Source: a virus. Taken from it: DNA of 64,000 nt. Shown here piece by piece: positions 27,106 through 35,822 of this stretch (within the stretch, counting starts at the first letter, position 1; each line of letters starts with the position of its first letter). The translations under genes and the position numbers were made by a program. The stretch is taken from IMG/VR virus record IMGVR_UViG_2531839420_000002, positions 3,685 to 67,684 of that record. One strand, 5' to 3'. The notes below the pieces were generated by a model. It did not search any database and had not been told where the DNA came from. It saw only the letters and a program-made list of their open reading frames with translations.

Positions 27106-27977
27106 ACGACGTGATGATCGAACGCCGGGAAAACCCGCGCCCCGCCTTCCCGCTGCTGAATGAGATGTATGTCGAACGCGGCACCAAGGACGACTGGAAC
27201 CTCTACGCCGACCTCCACTACAAATCCGAGGGTGGGCTGCCGGCCGCCATTCGCTTCTGGCGGATCGTGCTGCGCGGCGAGACCATCGGCGTGCTGGTAT
27301 CGGCCGCGCCCAAGCCGCTGCTGAAGGAACGCCACGCGCTGTTCCCGCGGCTGAAGCCTGGGCACGACACCAAGATCACCAACGTCCACCGACTGACTTG
27401 GCTTAACGGCAATGTCCGGGTAATTGCTCGCTTCGTCGTGGACACGATGTATCGCGGCATCGGCGTCGGCTACCGGGCTCAGAACCTCATCTCTCGGATG
27501 GAAGGCTGCAAGCTCATGGAGATCCAGTCCTCCATGAGCAAGTTCAACTTCTTTGCCCATCGGGCCGGGTTTCGCTTCGTCAAGCCGATGGACAGTAACA
27601 AGTTCGACGTGGGCATTAAGTTCTTCCGTCGCGTCTTACGCTGCAATCCGGCCGATTACGAGGCTATCAAGCAGGAATTGGCGTCCATGACGCCCGAGCT
27701 GCGCGAGTGGACGATCGACCAAATGCGCGAGTTCTATTTCAAGCACTCCGCGCTGGAGAAGACCGGCGCCCGCGGCCAGAAGAAGGACCATCACGCTGGC
27801 CGTATCCCGGACACCAAGCTGATCAAGAACCTCCAACAGATGGTCCTGGGGGCGCCACTCTACGGCGTCTACCAGAGCCCGGATTGGAAGCGCGCCGATC
27901 TGCCAACCAGGCTGCCGCTGACCGCATTCGACAACCAGGCGCCCGATCAACCGCTCGATCTGGACAAGCTGTCATGA
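27102..27977 (+). CDS. GNAT-family acetyltransferase (ABC-ATPase-associated, Mom-like candidate)
   Basis: LHYKS near the N-terminus; IARFVVDTMYRGIGVG acetyl-CoA-binding motif A; IEIQSSMSKFN.F. Confidence 0.8.
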   Translation: MNDVMIERRENPRPAFPLLNEMYVERGTKDDWNLYADLHYKSEGGLPAAIRFWRIVLRGETIGVLVSAAPKPLLKERHALFPRLKPGHDTKITNVHRLTWLNGNVRVIARFVVDTMYRGIGVGYRAQNLISRMEGCKLMEIQSSMSKFNFFAHRAGFRFVKPMDSNKFDVGIKFFRRVLRCNPADYEAIKQELASMTPELREWTIDQMREFYFKHSALEKTGARGQKKDHHAGRIPDTKLIKNLQQMVLGAPLYGVYQSPDWKRADLPTRLPLTAFDNQAPDQPLDLDKLS

Positions 27978-28228
27978 GTCGATTAGCGGCGCTCGACGCG
28001 AATGATACCGAATGGGTCGGTATCGGCATGACCGACAAATGTGTTCGCTCAAAGATCGAAGGTAATCCCGACGAATACGATCGGCAGTTTGATCATTTGG
28101 TCGGATTAGAGCCGGGCTGGAACGCAAGCTTCCTTATCACCTGGGACGGCTTCATTCGCCTCAAGCACGTCCTCGAACTGGTGACGTGCTTGGTCATCAT
28201 CGCCGGTGTTTACCGGCACTGGAGTTGA
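27974..28228 (+). CDS. Hypothetical protein with C-terminal hydrophobic helix
   Basis: ATGA overlap. Confidence 0.5.
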   Translation: MSRLAALDANDTEWVGIGMTDKCVRSKIEGNPDEYDRQFDHLVGLEPGWNASFLITWDGFIRLKHVLELVTCLVIIAGVYRHWS

Positions 28229-28229
28229 A

Positions 28230-28607
28230 ATGGTTTTTTTTCTGCTGATCCTTTCCTTGCTGATCATTGCTCACTTCGTGGCGGATTTTGCTCTGCAAAA
28301 CGAATTCGTCGCCAAGTTCAAGGCTCGATCGTCGGGTGTGACCTGGTGGCCCTGGGTGCTGTCGAGCCACTCTTTCGCCCACGGCGGCATCGTCGCGCTC
28401 GCCGCCGTAATCGGAACCTCGTTCGGACTGAGTGAGTGTGCGGTTCTTGGTCTGATCCTAGCGGAAACGGGGGCTCACGCCCTGACTGATTTTGCCAAGA
28501 CCGAGGGGTGGTTTGGCGCCGGGGATCGCGCATTTCACATCGACCAGACGATCCACATCGTCACGAAGATCGCATGGGCCGCCGTCATTGTTGGGGTCGC
28601 CGCATGA
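28230..28607 (+). CDS. DUF3307-like membrane protein
   Basis: AHFVADFALQ..H..H..HALTDFAK..DQTIH His/Asp motif pattern. Confidence 0.75.
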   Translation: MVFFLLILSLLIIAHFVADFALQNEFVAKFKARSSGVTWWPWVLSSHSFAHGGIVALAAVIGTSFGLSECAVLGLILAETGAHALTDFAKTEGWFGAGDRAFHIDQTIHIVTKIAWAAVIVGVAA

Positions 28608-28882
28608 GCGGCACCCTAATGATGTCGCAAAAGCAGATCGCCATCATTAGGGCGATCATGCGCGGCAATGCCGAAGGCGACTTTGTGGATCTGGACGAAC
28701 TGCTGAAGCTGCTGCCATACACGACCACCAAACAGAGTCTTCAGTTCTCGATCCGGGCGCTGATCAAGCATGGTCTAATCGAGAAGAGACCGAGGGAGGT
28801 GCGCCGGGGACGAGCACGCAGAGTTCTGGCCCCTACGCTGCTGGCTTACAGGTTGATGGGTGAGGGCATTCCGGGGACGTGA
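28604..28882 (+). CDS. Winged-helix DNA-binding protein upstream of terminase
   Basis: KQ..II..I..DLDELL..TTKQSLQFSIRALIKHGLIEK..RRGRARR. Confidence 0.75.
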   Translation: MSGTLMMSQKQIAIIRAIMRGNAEGDFVDLDELLKLLPYTTTKQSLQFSIRALIKHGLIEKRPREVRRGRARRVLAPTLLAYRLMGEGIPGT

Positions 28883-28924
28883 GTCGGCGCTGTCCATTCA
28901 ACGCTGACTTTTTGCTTGCGCGCG

Positions 28925-29035
28925 AAAAAATTATGAGTAAAATAGCTGTGTAAGCTACGGGAGAAGAGGTTTATATAACCTATTATATATAATATATTTA
29001 TTACTTTTCCCTTGTTTAACATAAATTTTTTCGCC
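28925..29035. other. Very AT-rich intergenic tract flanked by operator palindromes, upstream of terS
   Basis: TTTATATAACCTATTATATATAATATATTTATTACTTTT within a GC-rich genome. Confidence 0.7.
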
Positions 29036-29184
29036 CACGAGCGCCGCTGAGGACACCCTCCGGGAAACGAAGGACAGTCCCATTCATAAAGTCAGCTTTG
29101 ACTTGACACGCAACCCCGGAATGGGTGATCATGTTGGCTCATGTGGGACGACCTTTCTGACTGGTCCCTCCGTTCCGTTCCGTC

Positions 29185-29210
29185 GGGCGCCCCTCGGGGC
29201 GCCCTTTTTT
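29185..29210 (+). terminator. Hairpin with T-run just upstream of terS
   Basis: GGGCGCCCC-tc-GGGGCGCCC followed by TTTTTT. Confidence 0.55.
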
Positions 29211-29223
29211 CTGGGTGTGACGA

Positions 29224-29850
29224 ATGAGTGAGGAAAGAAGGGTTCCCAAAAAGCTGACCCCGGAGCAGTGGGCCGAAGCTCAGACGCTTTGGGAAATCGG
29301 AAATCTCACCCTTGATGAGCTGGCGGAAAAATTCGGCGTTGATCGCTCGACGATGTATCGGCGCTTCAAGACCGCCGGCGTCGAGCGTGGGGCGAAAGCT
29401 GGTCAGGTTGCCGAGAAAGTGCAGCAGCAGATCCTTGATGAGACCGCAGCAGCCGCGGCCGAGGAAGCGCTGAAGCTGGCCGCCAGGAAGAAGGCAACCA
29501 AGGAAGACTGCTACGCCTGGATTGAGCAGATCCAGAAGGCGACGATGGCTGAGATCGTCAAGGCCGCTCGCGACAAGACGCCATTTGGCGTCATCAAGGG
29601 CAACCTCCAGGCGCTCGAAAAGGCGATGAACGTCATTGCCTCGGGTCGCAGAGAGCGTTTCGAGCTGCTGGGTCTGGATCGTGAAGAGATGGCTCCCGAC
29701 GATCTGCCGGATCTGTTGATCCGCGAACTGACCGCTGACGAGATCCATCAGCTTCAGTCCTCCGACGAGGACGATTTCGACGAGATGGACGAACTCCCGG
29801 ACGTGGTTTTCGAGGAGATCGAGGAGCTGTTGGATGACGATCAGGGCTGA
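29224..29850 (+). CDS. terS: Terminase small subunit (N-terminal HTH)
   Basis: TLDELAEKFGVDRSTMYRRF HTH; directly precedes and overlaps terL. Confidence 0.75.
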   Translation: MSEERRVPKKLTPEQWAEAQTLWEIGNLTLDELAEKFGVDRSTMYRRFKTAGVERGAKAGQVAEKVQQQILDETAAAAAEEALKLAARKKATKEDCYAWIEQIQKATMAEIVKAARDKTPFGVIKGNLQALEKAMNVIASGRRERFELLGLDREEMAPDDLPDLLIRELTADEIHQLQSSDEDDFDEMDELPDVVFEEIEELLDDDQG

Positions 29851-31144
29851 GCTTGACTCCAGCACCAGCCTGACCGACCGGCCAACTCTGCGCCTGCACC
29901 GCGGTCAGGTCGAGGTTCTGCTTCATGACGCCCGCTTCAAGGTGGTGGTCGCTGGCCGGCGCTGGGGAAAGACCCAGTGCGCCAAGACAGCGATCATCAA
30001 GGCCGCGAAGATCAAGAAGCGGAAAATCTGGTATGTCGCGCCGACCTACCGGATGGCCAAACAGATCATGTGGACCGAGTTGCTGGAGGCGATCCCGAGG
30101 AAGTGGATTAAAAAGCTCAACGAGACCAGCTTGGATATCACGCTGCGCAACGGGACGATGATCTCACTGCGCGGCGCTGATAAGCCTGACACCCTGCGCG
30201 GCGTCGGTCTGCACTATTTGGTGCTGGACGAGTTTCAGGACATGCGTGAGGACGTGTGGAAGAAGGTGTTGCGCCCGACTCTGGCGAGCACCGGCGGCCA
30301 CGCCCTGATCATCGGCACGCCGAAGGCGTTCAATCTGCTCTACGAGCTTTATATGCTCGGACAGCGCGGTGACACCTTCGTCAACAAGAAGGGCAAGCGG
30401 GTCAAGAACCACTGGAAGTCGTGGCAGTTCCCGACCATCACCTCGCCGTTCATTCCGAAGAGCGAAATCGAGGCGGCTCGTGCTGACATGGACGAGCGCA
30501 GCTTTCGTCAGGAGTTCCTGGCCAGTTTCGAGGCGATGAGTGGGCGAGTTTATTATGCATTCGATCGGAGCATTCATCTTGTCGATCTGGAACTGAACCC
30601 TCAATTGCCGATTTGGGTCGGCATGGACTTCAACATCGACCCCATGTCCGCGATCATCATGCAGCCGCAGGATGACGGCACGGTGCATGTTCTCGACGAA
30701 ATCATCCTCTATGGCTCGAACACCCACGAGACCGCCGAGGAGCTGGAGCGGCGCTTCTGGCGTCAGGTTGGGCAGCGGCAGGTGACGATTTACCCCGACC
30801 CCGCCGGCGGCACGGGTTCGACCAAGAGTCATGGCAAGTCGGACTTCGACATTCTTCGCGAGAAAGGGTTCGTTCGGCTCAAGTATCGTCTCAAACATCC
30901 CAAAGTGGCCGATCGCGTCAACGCGGTGAACCGGATGCTGATGAGCGCAGACGGCCGGGTGCGGATGAAGATTGACCGGCGCTGTAAGGCGCTAATCGAG
31001 GCACTGGAGCAGGTGATCTACAAGCCCGGCACCCGCGAGGTGGATAAGACGATGAGTCTGGAGCATCCGGCAGACGCTCTTGGCTATGCGATCGAGAAGG
31101 AATTCCCGGTGCGTAAGCTCAAGGTCATCGGCGCGTCCATTTGA
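29834..31144 (+). CDS. terL: Terminase large subunit
   Basis: VVAGRRWGKT Walker A; YVAPTY; LRGVGL..LVLDEF; IGTPK; GMDFNIDP RNase H domain; HPADALGY. Confidence 0.96.
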   Translation: MTIRAELDSSTSLTDRPTLRLHRGQVEVLLHDARFKVVVAGRRWGKTQCAKTAIIKAAKIKKRKIWYVAPTYRMAKQIMWTELLEAIPRKWIKKLNETSLDITLRNGTMISLRGADKPDTLRGVGLHYLVLDEFQDMREDVWKKVLRPTLASTGGHALIIGTPKAFNLLYELYMLGQRGDTFVNKKGKRVKNHWKSWQFPTITSPFIPKSEIEAARADMDERSFRQEFLASFEAMSGRVYYAFDRSIHLVDLELNPQLPIWVGMDFNIDPMSAIIMQPQDDGTVHVLDEIILYGSNTHETAEELERRFWRQVGQRQVTIYPDPAGGTGSTKSHGKSDFDILREKGFVRLKYRLKHPKVADRVNAVNRMLMSADGRVRMKIDRRCKALIEALEQVIYKPGTREVDKTMSLEHPADALGYAIEKEFPVRKLKVIGASI

Positions 31145-31196
31145 TATTGCCGTAAAGTCAAGGCTGACTTACCATAGAGGCACCAGGAGAATAGGA

Positions 31197-32813
31197 ATGC
31201 CGGATTTCGCAACCGCTGACCAAAAGATGCTGAAGCGCATGATCGAGCGTCGGCATCCCGCCTACGACGATTTGCTGCCGCATTGGCAGTTTCTCGAAGC
31301 CTGCTACGAAGGCGGGAGAAGATGGTTTGCAGACAATGTCTTCCGTTACATGAAGGAAGGCGACACCGAGTTCGGCGACCGGGTGAAGCGGGCCTATCGC
31401 TTCAATCACACCCGCGAAGTCGTGGATCTGGTGAACAAATATATCTTCAAGGCCGACATTATCCGCAACACGGATGATGCACCCGAGGGGGTGAAGCGGT
31501 TCTGGCAGCGGGCTACTCGCTCGAACCTGACGATCGACCAGTTCATGAAGGAGGTTTCGAAGAAATCCTCGATCTACGGTCGCGTCTGGGCGTTCGTGGA
31601 CACCAACATGCCGGCTGTCGGCGACGGTCGCGTGGCCACGCTCGCCGATGAGAAGAAGCTCGGTGCTCGGGTCTATTCCTACATCGTCACGCCGCCGCAC
31701 GTTCTCGATCTTGGATACGACGACGAAGATAAGCTCAACTGGATCATGGTTCACGAGTCGGCTCGTGACGACGCCGACCCGCTGGGAAGCACCGGCGCGG
31801 TGTTCTCCCGCTTCCGGTTGTGGACCCGCACAGAATGGTTCCTGTTCGAGCTGCGTGTCCGCGAGCGGAACAAGAAGATGGTCGAGCTGGTCGATCAGGG
31901 CGAGAACAGACTTGGCGAGGTGCCGTGTGTTCGGGTCGATCACATTCACTCCGACGATCCCTACAACGCCTCTGCACTGATCGCCGATATCGCCTATCTG
32001 GATCGGGCGGTGGCCAACTATCTCTCGAACCTGGACGCCATTATCCAGGATCAGACATTCAGCCAGCTCGCCATGCCGGCGCAGGGGATGCTGCCGGGCG
32101 AGGAGGGCTACGAGAAGATCCTCGAGCTGGGCACCAAGCGCATCTTCACATACGACGGCGAGCACGGGTCGAAGCCCGAGTTCATCGCCCCGGACCCGAA
32201 GCAGGCCGGTGTGGTGTTGGACGTGATCAACAAGATTATCAACGAGATTTATCACACCGTCGGCATGGCCGGCGAGCGCACCAAGCAGGACAACGCCGTC
32301 GGCATCGACAATAGCTCGGGCGTGGCCAAGGCGTATGACTTCGAGCGGATGAATGCCCTGCTGGCGTCAAAGGCGGACAGCCTGGACAACGCTGAGAACG
32401 CCATCGTGCGTCTGGTCAAGCTCTACACCGGCGAGAAGGTGAAGGAAGACGATGTCGATCTGGTGAAATACCCGGACAGCTTCGACGTGCGCGGACTCTA
32501 TGACGAGTTCGAGGTGGCTGAACGCCTGTCGCTGATTGAGGCCCCAGACGAGGTGCGTCGCGAACAGATGCGTCAGGTCATTGACAAGCTCTGGCCGCGG
32601 ATGGCCGCGAGCTTGCGCGCGAAGCTGGAGGCTTCTCTGAAGGATTGGCCACCGCAGCCGATGGATCAGATTGGCGCAGCCCTGGTCAAGGGCGAGGGCG
32701 GCGCCGCCATTGGGTCGCTGTCGATCAAGCGACAGCCCCAGCAGCCGACCGTGGGCGCGTCGAAGGACAGCACCCAGGGTCAGAACAACAAGGGCGCCAA
32801 GACGGCGGCCTGA
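31197..32813 (+). CDS. Portal protein
   Basis: Position after terL; about 540 aa; HP.Y..W..Y.GG N-terminal pattern; SGVAK..D. Confidence 0.88.
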   Translation: MPDFATADQKMLKRMIERRHPAYDDLLPHWQFLEACYEGGRRWFADNVFRYMKEGDTEFGDRVKRAYRFNHTREVVDLVNKYIFKADIIRNTDDAPEGVKRFWQRATRSNLTIDQFMKEVSKKSSIYGRVWAFVDTNMPAVGDGRVATLADEKKLGARVYSYIVTPPHVLDLGYDDEDKLNWIMVHESARDDADPLGSTGAVFSRFRLWTRTEWFLFELRVRERNKKMVELVDQGENRLGEVPCVRVDHIHSDDPYNASALIADIAYLDRAVANYLSNLDAIIQDQTFSQLAMPAQGMLPGEEGYEKILELGTKRIFTYDGEHGSKPEFIAPDPKQAGVVLDVINKIINEIYHTVGMAGERTKQDNAVGIDNSSGVAKAYDFERMNALLASKADSLDNAENAIVRLVKLYTGEKVKEDDVDLVKYPDSFDVRGLYDEFEVAERLSLIEAPDEVRREQMRQVIDKLWPRMAASLRAKLEASLKDWPPQPMDQIGAALVKGEGGAAIGSLSIKRQPQQPTVGASKDSTQGQNNKGAKTAA

Positions 32814-32837
32814 CGAGCGACAACACGAGGTAGACTT

Positions 32838-33719
32838 ATGGTTGATAAGGTCATCAAGATCACCACGCCGACCGATCCCTATGATCCGGCATGGCAGGTG
32901 TGGAACGCTCAGAACCCGGGCGTCTACAAGTCCGTCGGCGCGGCTGCCGCGACCGAGGGTGGGGAAGACGAGAGTGGTGAGGAGAAACCCGTGACGAAGC
33001 CGGGTAAGAGATCCGATCGCGAGACGTCCACTCCCACTGACGCTGCGCGCCTGGCTGCTCTGGAGACCGAGCTGGCGAGTGCGCGCCAGTCCGCTGACGA
33101 GGCGAAGCGTGCTGCCGAAGATGCCGCTGCGCGCTTGGCTGCCTTCGATGGCGTGGACCCCGTCGAAGCGAAGCGTCTGCTGAAGGAGAAGCAGGAGGCT
33201 GAGCTGGCCGCTGCCGAGGCGCGTGGCGAGTTTGATCGGGTCAAGGCTGCCATGGTCGAGGCGCATCAGGTCGAGCTGAGCGCCAAGGACTCGGCGATTT
33301 CGACCCTTCAGGGTCAGCTCACCAGTCTTCAGGCTCAAATTGACGAGCTGACCGTTGGTCGGTCGTTCAGCGACAGCGCCTTTATCCGCGATGAATTGGT
33401 GCTGACCCCGGCCAAAACCAGGACTCTCTATGGAGCCCACTTCGAGATCGAGGGTGGCGCGCTGGTTGGTTACGACAAGCCGAAGGGCGCGAGCGATCGC
33501 ACGCCGCTGGTGGACGCTCGCGGCAACAAGCTGGGCTTTGAGGACGCTCTGCGGCGGCTGATCGACGCCGATCCCGACAAGGAGCGTCTGCTGAAGTCGA
33601 AGCTGGCCGCCGGCGCCGGGTCTGGAACCCAGGAGAAGGCCCCGGCGCCGACCAAGCAGGTCGAGTTGCACGGCATGAGTCGGATCGCCGCTGCTCTGTC
33701 CAAGCAGAAGAGCAAGTAG
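32838..33719 (+). CDS. Capsid scaffolding protein (coiled coil)
   Basis: Ala/Glu-rich coiled coil between portal and capsid; C-terminal GAGSG linker. Confidence 0.8.
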   Translation: MVDKVIKITTPTDPYDPAWQVWNAQNPGVYKSVGAAAATEGGEDESGEEKPVTKPGKRSDRETSTPTDAARLAALETELASARQSADEAKRAAEDAAARLAAFDGVDPVEAKRLLKEKQEAELAAAEARGEFDRVKAAMVEAHQVELSAKDSAISTLQGQLTSLQAQIDELTVGRSFSDSAFIRDELVLTPAKTRTLYGAHFEIEGGALVGYDKPKGASDRTPLVDARGNKLGFEDALRRLIDADPDKERLLKSKLAAGAGSGTQEKAPAPTKQVELHGMSRIAAALSKQKSK

Positions 33720-33845
33720 ATCATCAATTCGGATCGAATGGAAAGTCAGCGTTGACTTTATGTGCCTTATGGCGCGATAATTAAGTCAACGCTGACTTTC
33801 CGTCGGAAAGCGTGTCTGGTTCCAACGGGCAATAGGGAGTAATTC

Positions 33846-34790
33846 ATGCCCCTTCTCCGCACCACCGCCGAGCTTCTGTCGCAGGAGCAGATGGAGCGCG
33901 GCATCATCGAAGAGATCATCGACAAGGACGACCTCTTCGCCGTTCTTCCCTTCAAGCAGGTTGTCGGCAAGGCTTACGTGTATGACCGCGAGCTGACCCT
34001 CTCCGAAGGCGATTTCATTGACGTGAACGATGACGTTCCCGAAGGCGCTGCGACCTTCGAGGAAGTCGTGTGCCGCCTCGCTCGCCTGGCTGGCGATGTG
34101 GATGTGGACAAGTTCCTCGACGAAACCATGTCGGACATCAATGACCAGAAGGCCACCCAGATCGCCTCGAAGGCGAAGGCCCTGGGTCGCAAGTTCAAGC
34201 GCACCCTGGCCACCGGCGATCGCTCGGTGAACAGCAAGGCGTTCGACGGCATCGCGAAACTGGTCGCCGCCGGTCAGACCATCTCGGCTGGCACCAACGG
34301 CAACGCTCTGTCGTTCTCGATGCTGGATGAGCTGCTCGACGCCGTTCCGTATGGTGCCGACGCGATCATCATGCGCTCGGGCACCGTTCGCGCCTATCGC
34401 GCTCTCCTGCGCGCCACCGGCGCTACCGGCCCGACCGAGGTGATGATCGAAAACTTCGGTCGCCCGATGCTGTGTCACAACGGCGTGCCGATTATCGTGA
34501 ACGACTTCCTGCCGCTCAACGAGGTTCAGGGCTCCAGTTCGACCACCTGCTCGATCTACGCGGCCCGCTTCAACGAAGCCGACGGTCTGCATGGTATCTA
34601 CGGCGGCTCGAGCGCCGGCATTCGCATCGAAGACATCGGCACCGTTCAGACCAAGGACGCCTCGCGCACCCGTCTGAAGTGGTATGCCGCCCTGGCTCTG
34701 AAGTCCACCAAGTCGCTGGCGCGCATCAAGGGCGTCACCAACTCGGGCGGTCAGGATCAGTCCGGGACCGGCAAGCCGACCTTGGTCTGA
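33846..34790 (+). CDS. Major capsid protein (HK97 fold)
   Basis: 314 aa; ..GDVDVDKFL..AFDGI..GVPIIVND..RLKWY; strongest codon bias in the window. Confidence 0.9.
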   Translation: MPLLRTTAELLSQEQMERGIIEEIIDKDDLFAVLPFKQVVGKAYVYDRELTLSEGDFIDVNDDVPEGAATFEEVVCRLARLAGDVDVDKFLDETMSDINDQKATQIASKAKALGRKFKRTLATGDRSVNSKAFDGIAKLVAAGQTISAGTNGNALSFSMLDELLDAVPYGADAIIMRSGTVRAYRALLRATGATGPTEVMIENFGRPMLCHNGVPIIVNDFLPLNEVQGSSSTTCSIYAARFNEADGLHGIYGGSSAGIRIEDIGTVQTKDASRTRLKWYAALALKSTKSLARIKGVTNSGGQDQSGTGKPTLV

Positions 34791-34822
34791 GCCTTGATGT
34801 AAAGTCAGGGTTGACTTAAACT

Positions 34823-34856
34823 AGAGGGCGGGGGAAACCCCGCCCTCTACGTTTTT
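34823..34856 (+). terminator. Terminator hairpin after capsid gene
   Basis: AGAGGGCGGGG-gaaa-CCCCGCCCTCT followed by ACGTTTTT. Confidence 0.65.
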
Positions 34857-34867
34857 GAGGAAACCCT

Positions 34868-35119
34868 ATGTTCGTCATCGTCTATTCCACTGCCACCTGC
34901 CCGCACTGTGTTCGCGCCAAGAGCTTCCTGCGCTCGGCCGGCGTCGAATTCGAAGAGGTGAACCTGACCACGAACCCGGAGCGTCAGGCTGAATTCGCGG
35001 AGCGCACCAACGGCGCCCGCGCCGTTCCCCAGATCATCATCGGCAACAAGCTGGTCGGCGGTGCTGACGAGCTGATCCGCCTCGGCCGTCAGGCTGTTCA
35101 GGCGATGGTTGTCGAATAA
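34868..35119 (+). CDS. grx: Glutaredoxin (Grx3/NrdH-like)
   Basis: YSTATCPHCVRAK dithiol motif; VPQIIIG..VGGADEL. Confidence 0.92.
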   Translation: MFVIVYSTATCPHCVRAKSFLRSAGVEFEEVNLTTNPERQAEFAERTNGARAVPQIIIGNKLVGGADELIRLGRQAVQAMVVE

Positions 35120-35128
35120 GGAGCCATC

Positions 35129-35578
35129 ATGAAGAAGATCCGCATCGTGGAGCCCGGCTTCGAGGGCTACAACGGCTACATCGGCATCACCCAGTTCGTG
35201 GATGGAGTCGCAGAGGTCGATCACATTCGTCTTTCCCAGATTGCGGCTGCCATGCGCGTCGAGGATGCTGAAACCGAGCGTCAGGTTGGCCCGGCGATGG
35301 ACCTCATCGACGCGCATCACGTTAAGGCCGAGGTCGAGGCGCCGCTGGAGCGCGGCCATGGTGACGCCCCGGTCGAGAATGTGCTGGCTGAAGAGCCCGC
35401 GGCCGAGATCAAGCTGACCGTCACCCGTGAGGAGCTGGAGGGGCTTGCCGACAAGAAGGGCATCGCTGGTTTGCGCGAGATTGGCGATCAGCTCGGCGTG
35501 AAGAGCAATAGCATCCCTGGCCTGATCGACAAGATTGTTCAGGCGCATGAGGTCGCCAAGGCCAAGATCGCCCAGTAG
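35129..35578 (+). CDS. Virion-associated protein with C-terminal HeH/LEM-like domain
   Basis: TREELEGLADKKGIAGLREIGDQLGVKS.SI..LIDKI. Confidence 0.65.
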   Translation: MKKIRIVEPGFEGYNGYIGITQFVDGVAEVDHIRLSQIAAAMRVEDAETERQVGPAMDLIDAHHVKAEVEAPLERGHGDAPVENVLAEEPAAEIKLTVTREELEGLADKKGIAGLREIGDQLGVKSNSIPGLIDKIVQAHEVAKAKIAQ

Positions 35579-35582
35579 GAGA

Positions 35583-35813
35583 ATGATCGTGGATAACCAG
35601 CATAAGCACATTCGCGGGTATCGCGATCTGTCGGTCGAGGAGATCGCTCTCATGAACGAAGCGAAAGCTTTGGCCGAGCGGGTTGGCGATTTGGTCGAGA
35701 AGATCGCCGGCACGCCGGGGGTTGACGGCCGCTGGGTGTCGATCGGAAAGACGGATCTTCAGAAGGGCTTCATGTCGCTAATTCGCGGCATCGCCCAGCC
35801 GACCACCTTCTAG
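35583..35813 (+). CDS. acb2: Anti-CBASS cyclic-oligonucleotide sponge, Acb2 family
   Basis: DNQHKHIRGYRDLSVEEI..MN..K and RWVSIGKTDLQKGFM.LIRGIAQP..F match both conserved ends of Acb2 as recalled. Confidence 0.88.
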   Translation: MIVDNQHKHIRGYRDLSVEEIALMNEAKALAERVGDLVEKIAGTPGVDGRWVSIGKTDLQKGFMSLIRGIAQPTTF

Positions 35814-35822
35814 GGGGCGGTC

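Noticed and set aside
31080-31196. Upstream in-frame extensions given by the ORF track (also 2064, 24642, 38564, 39211, 52130, 60464)
   Set aside because: They overlap upstream genes or operators; internal starts with RBS fit better
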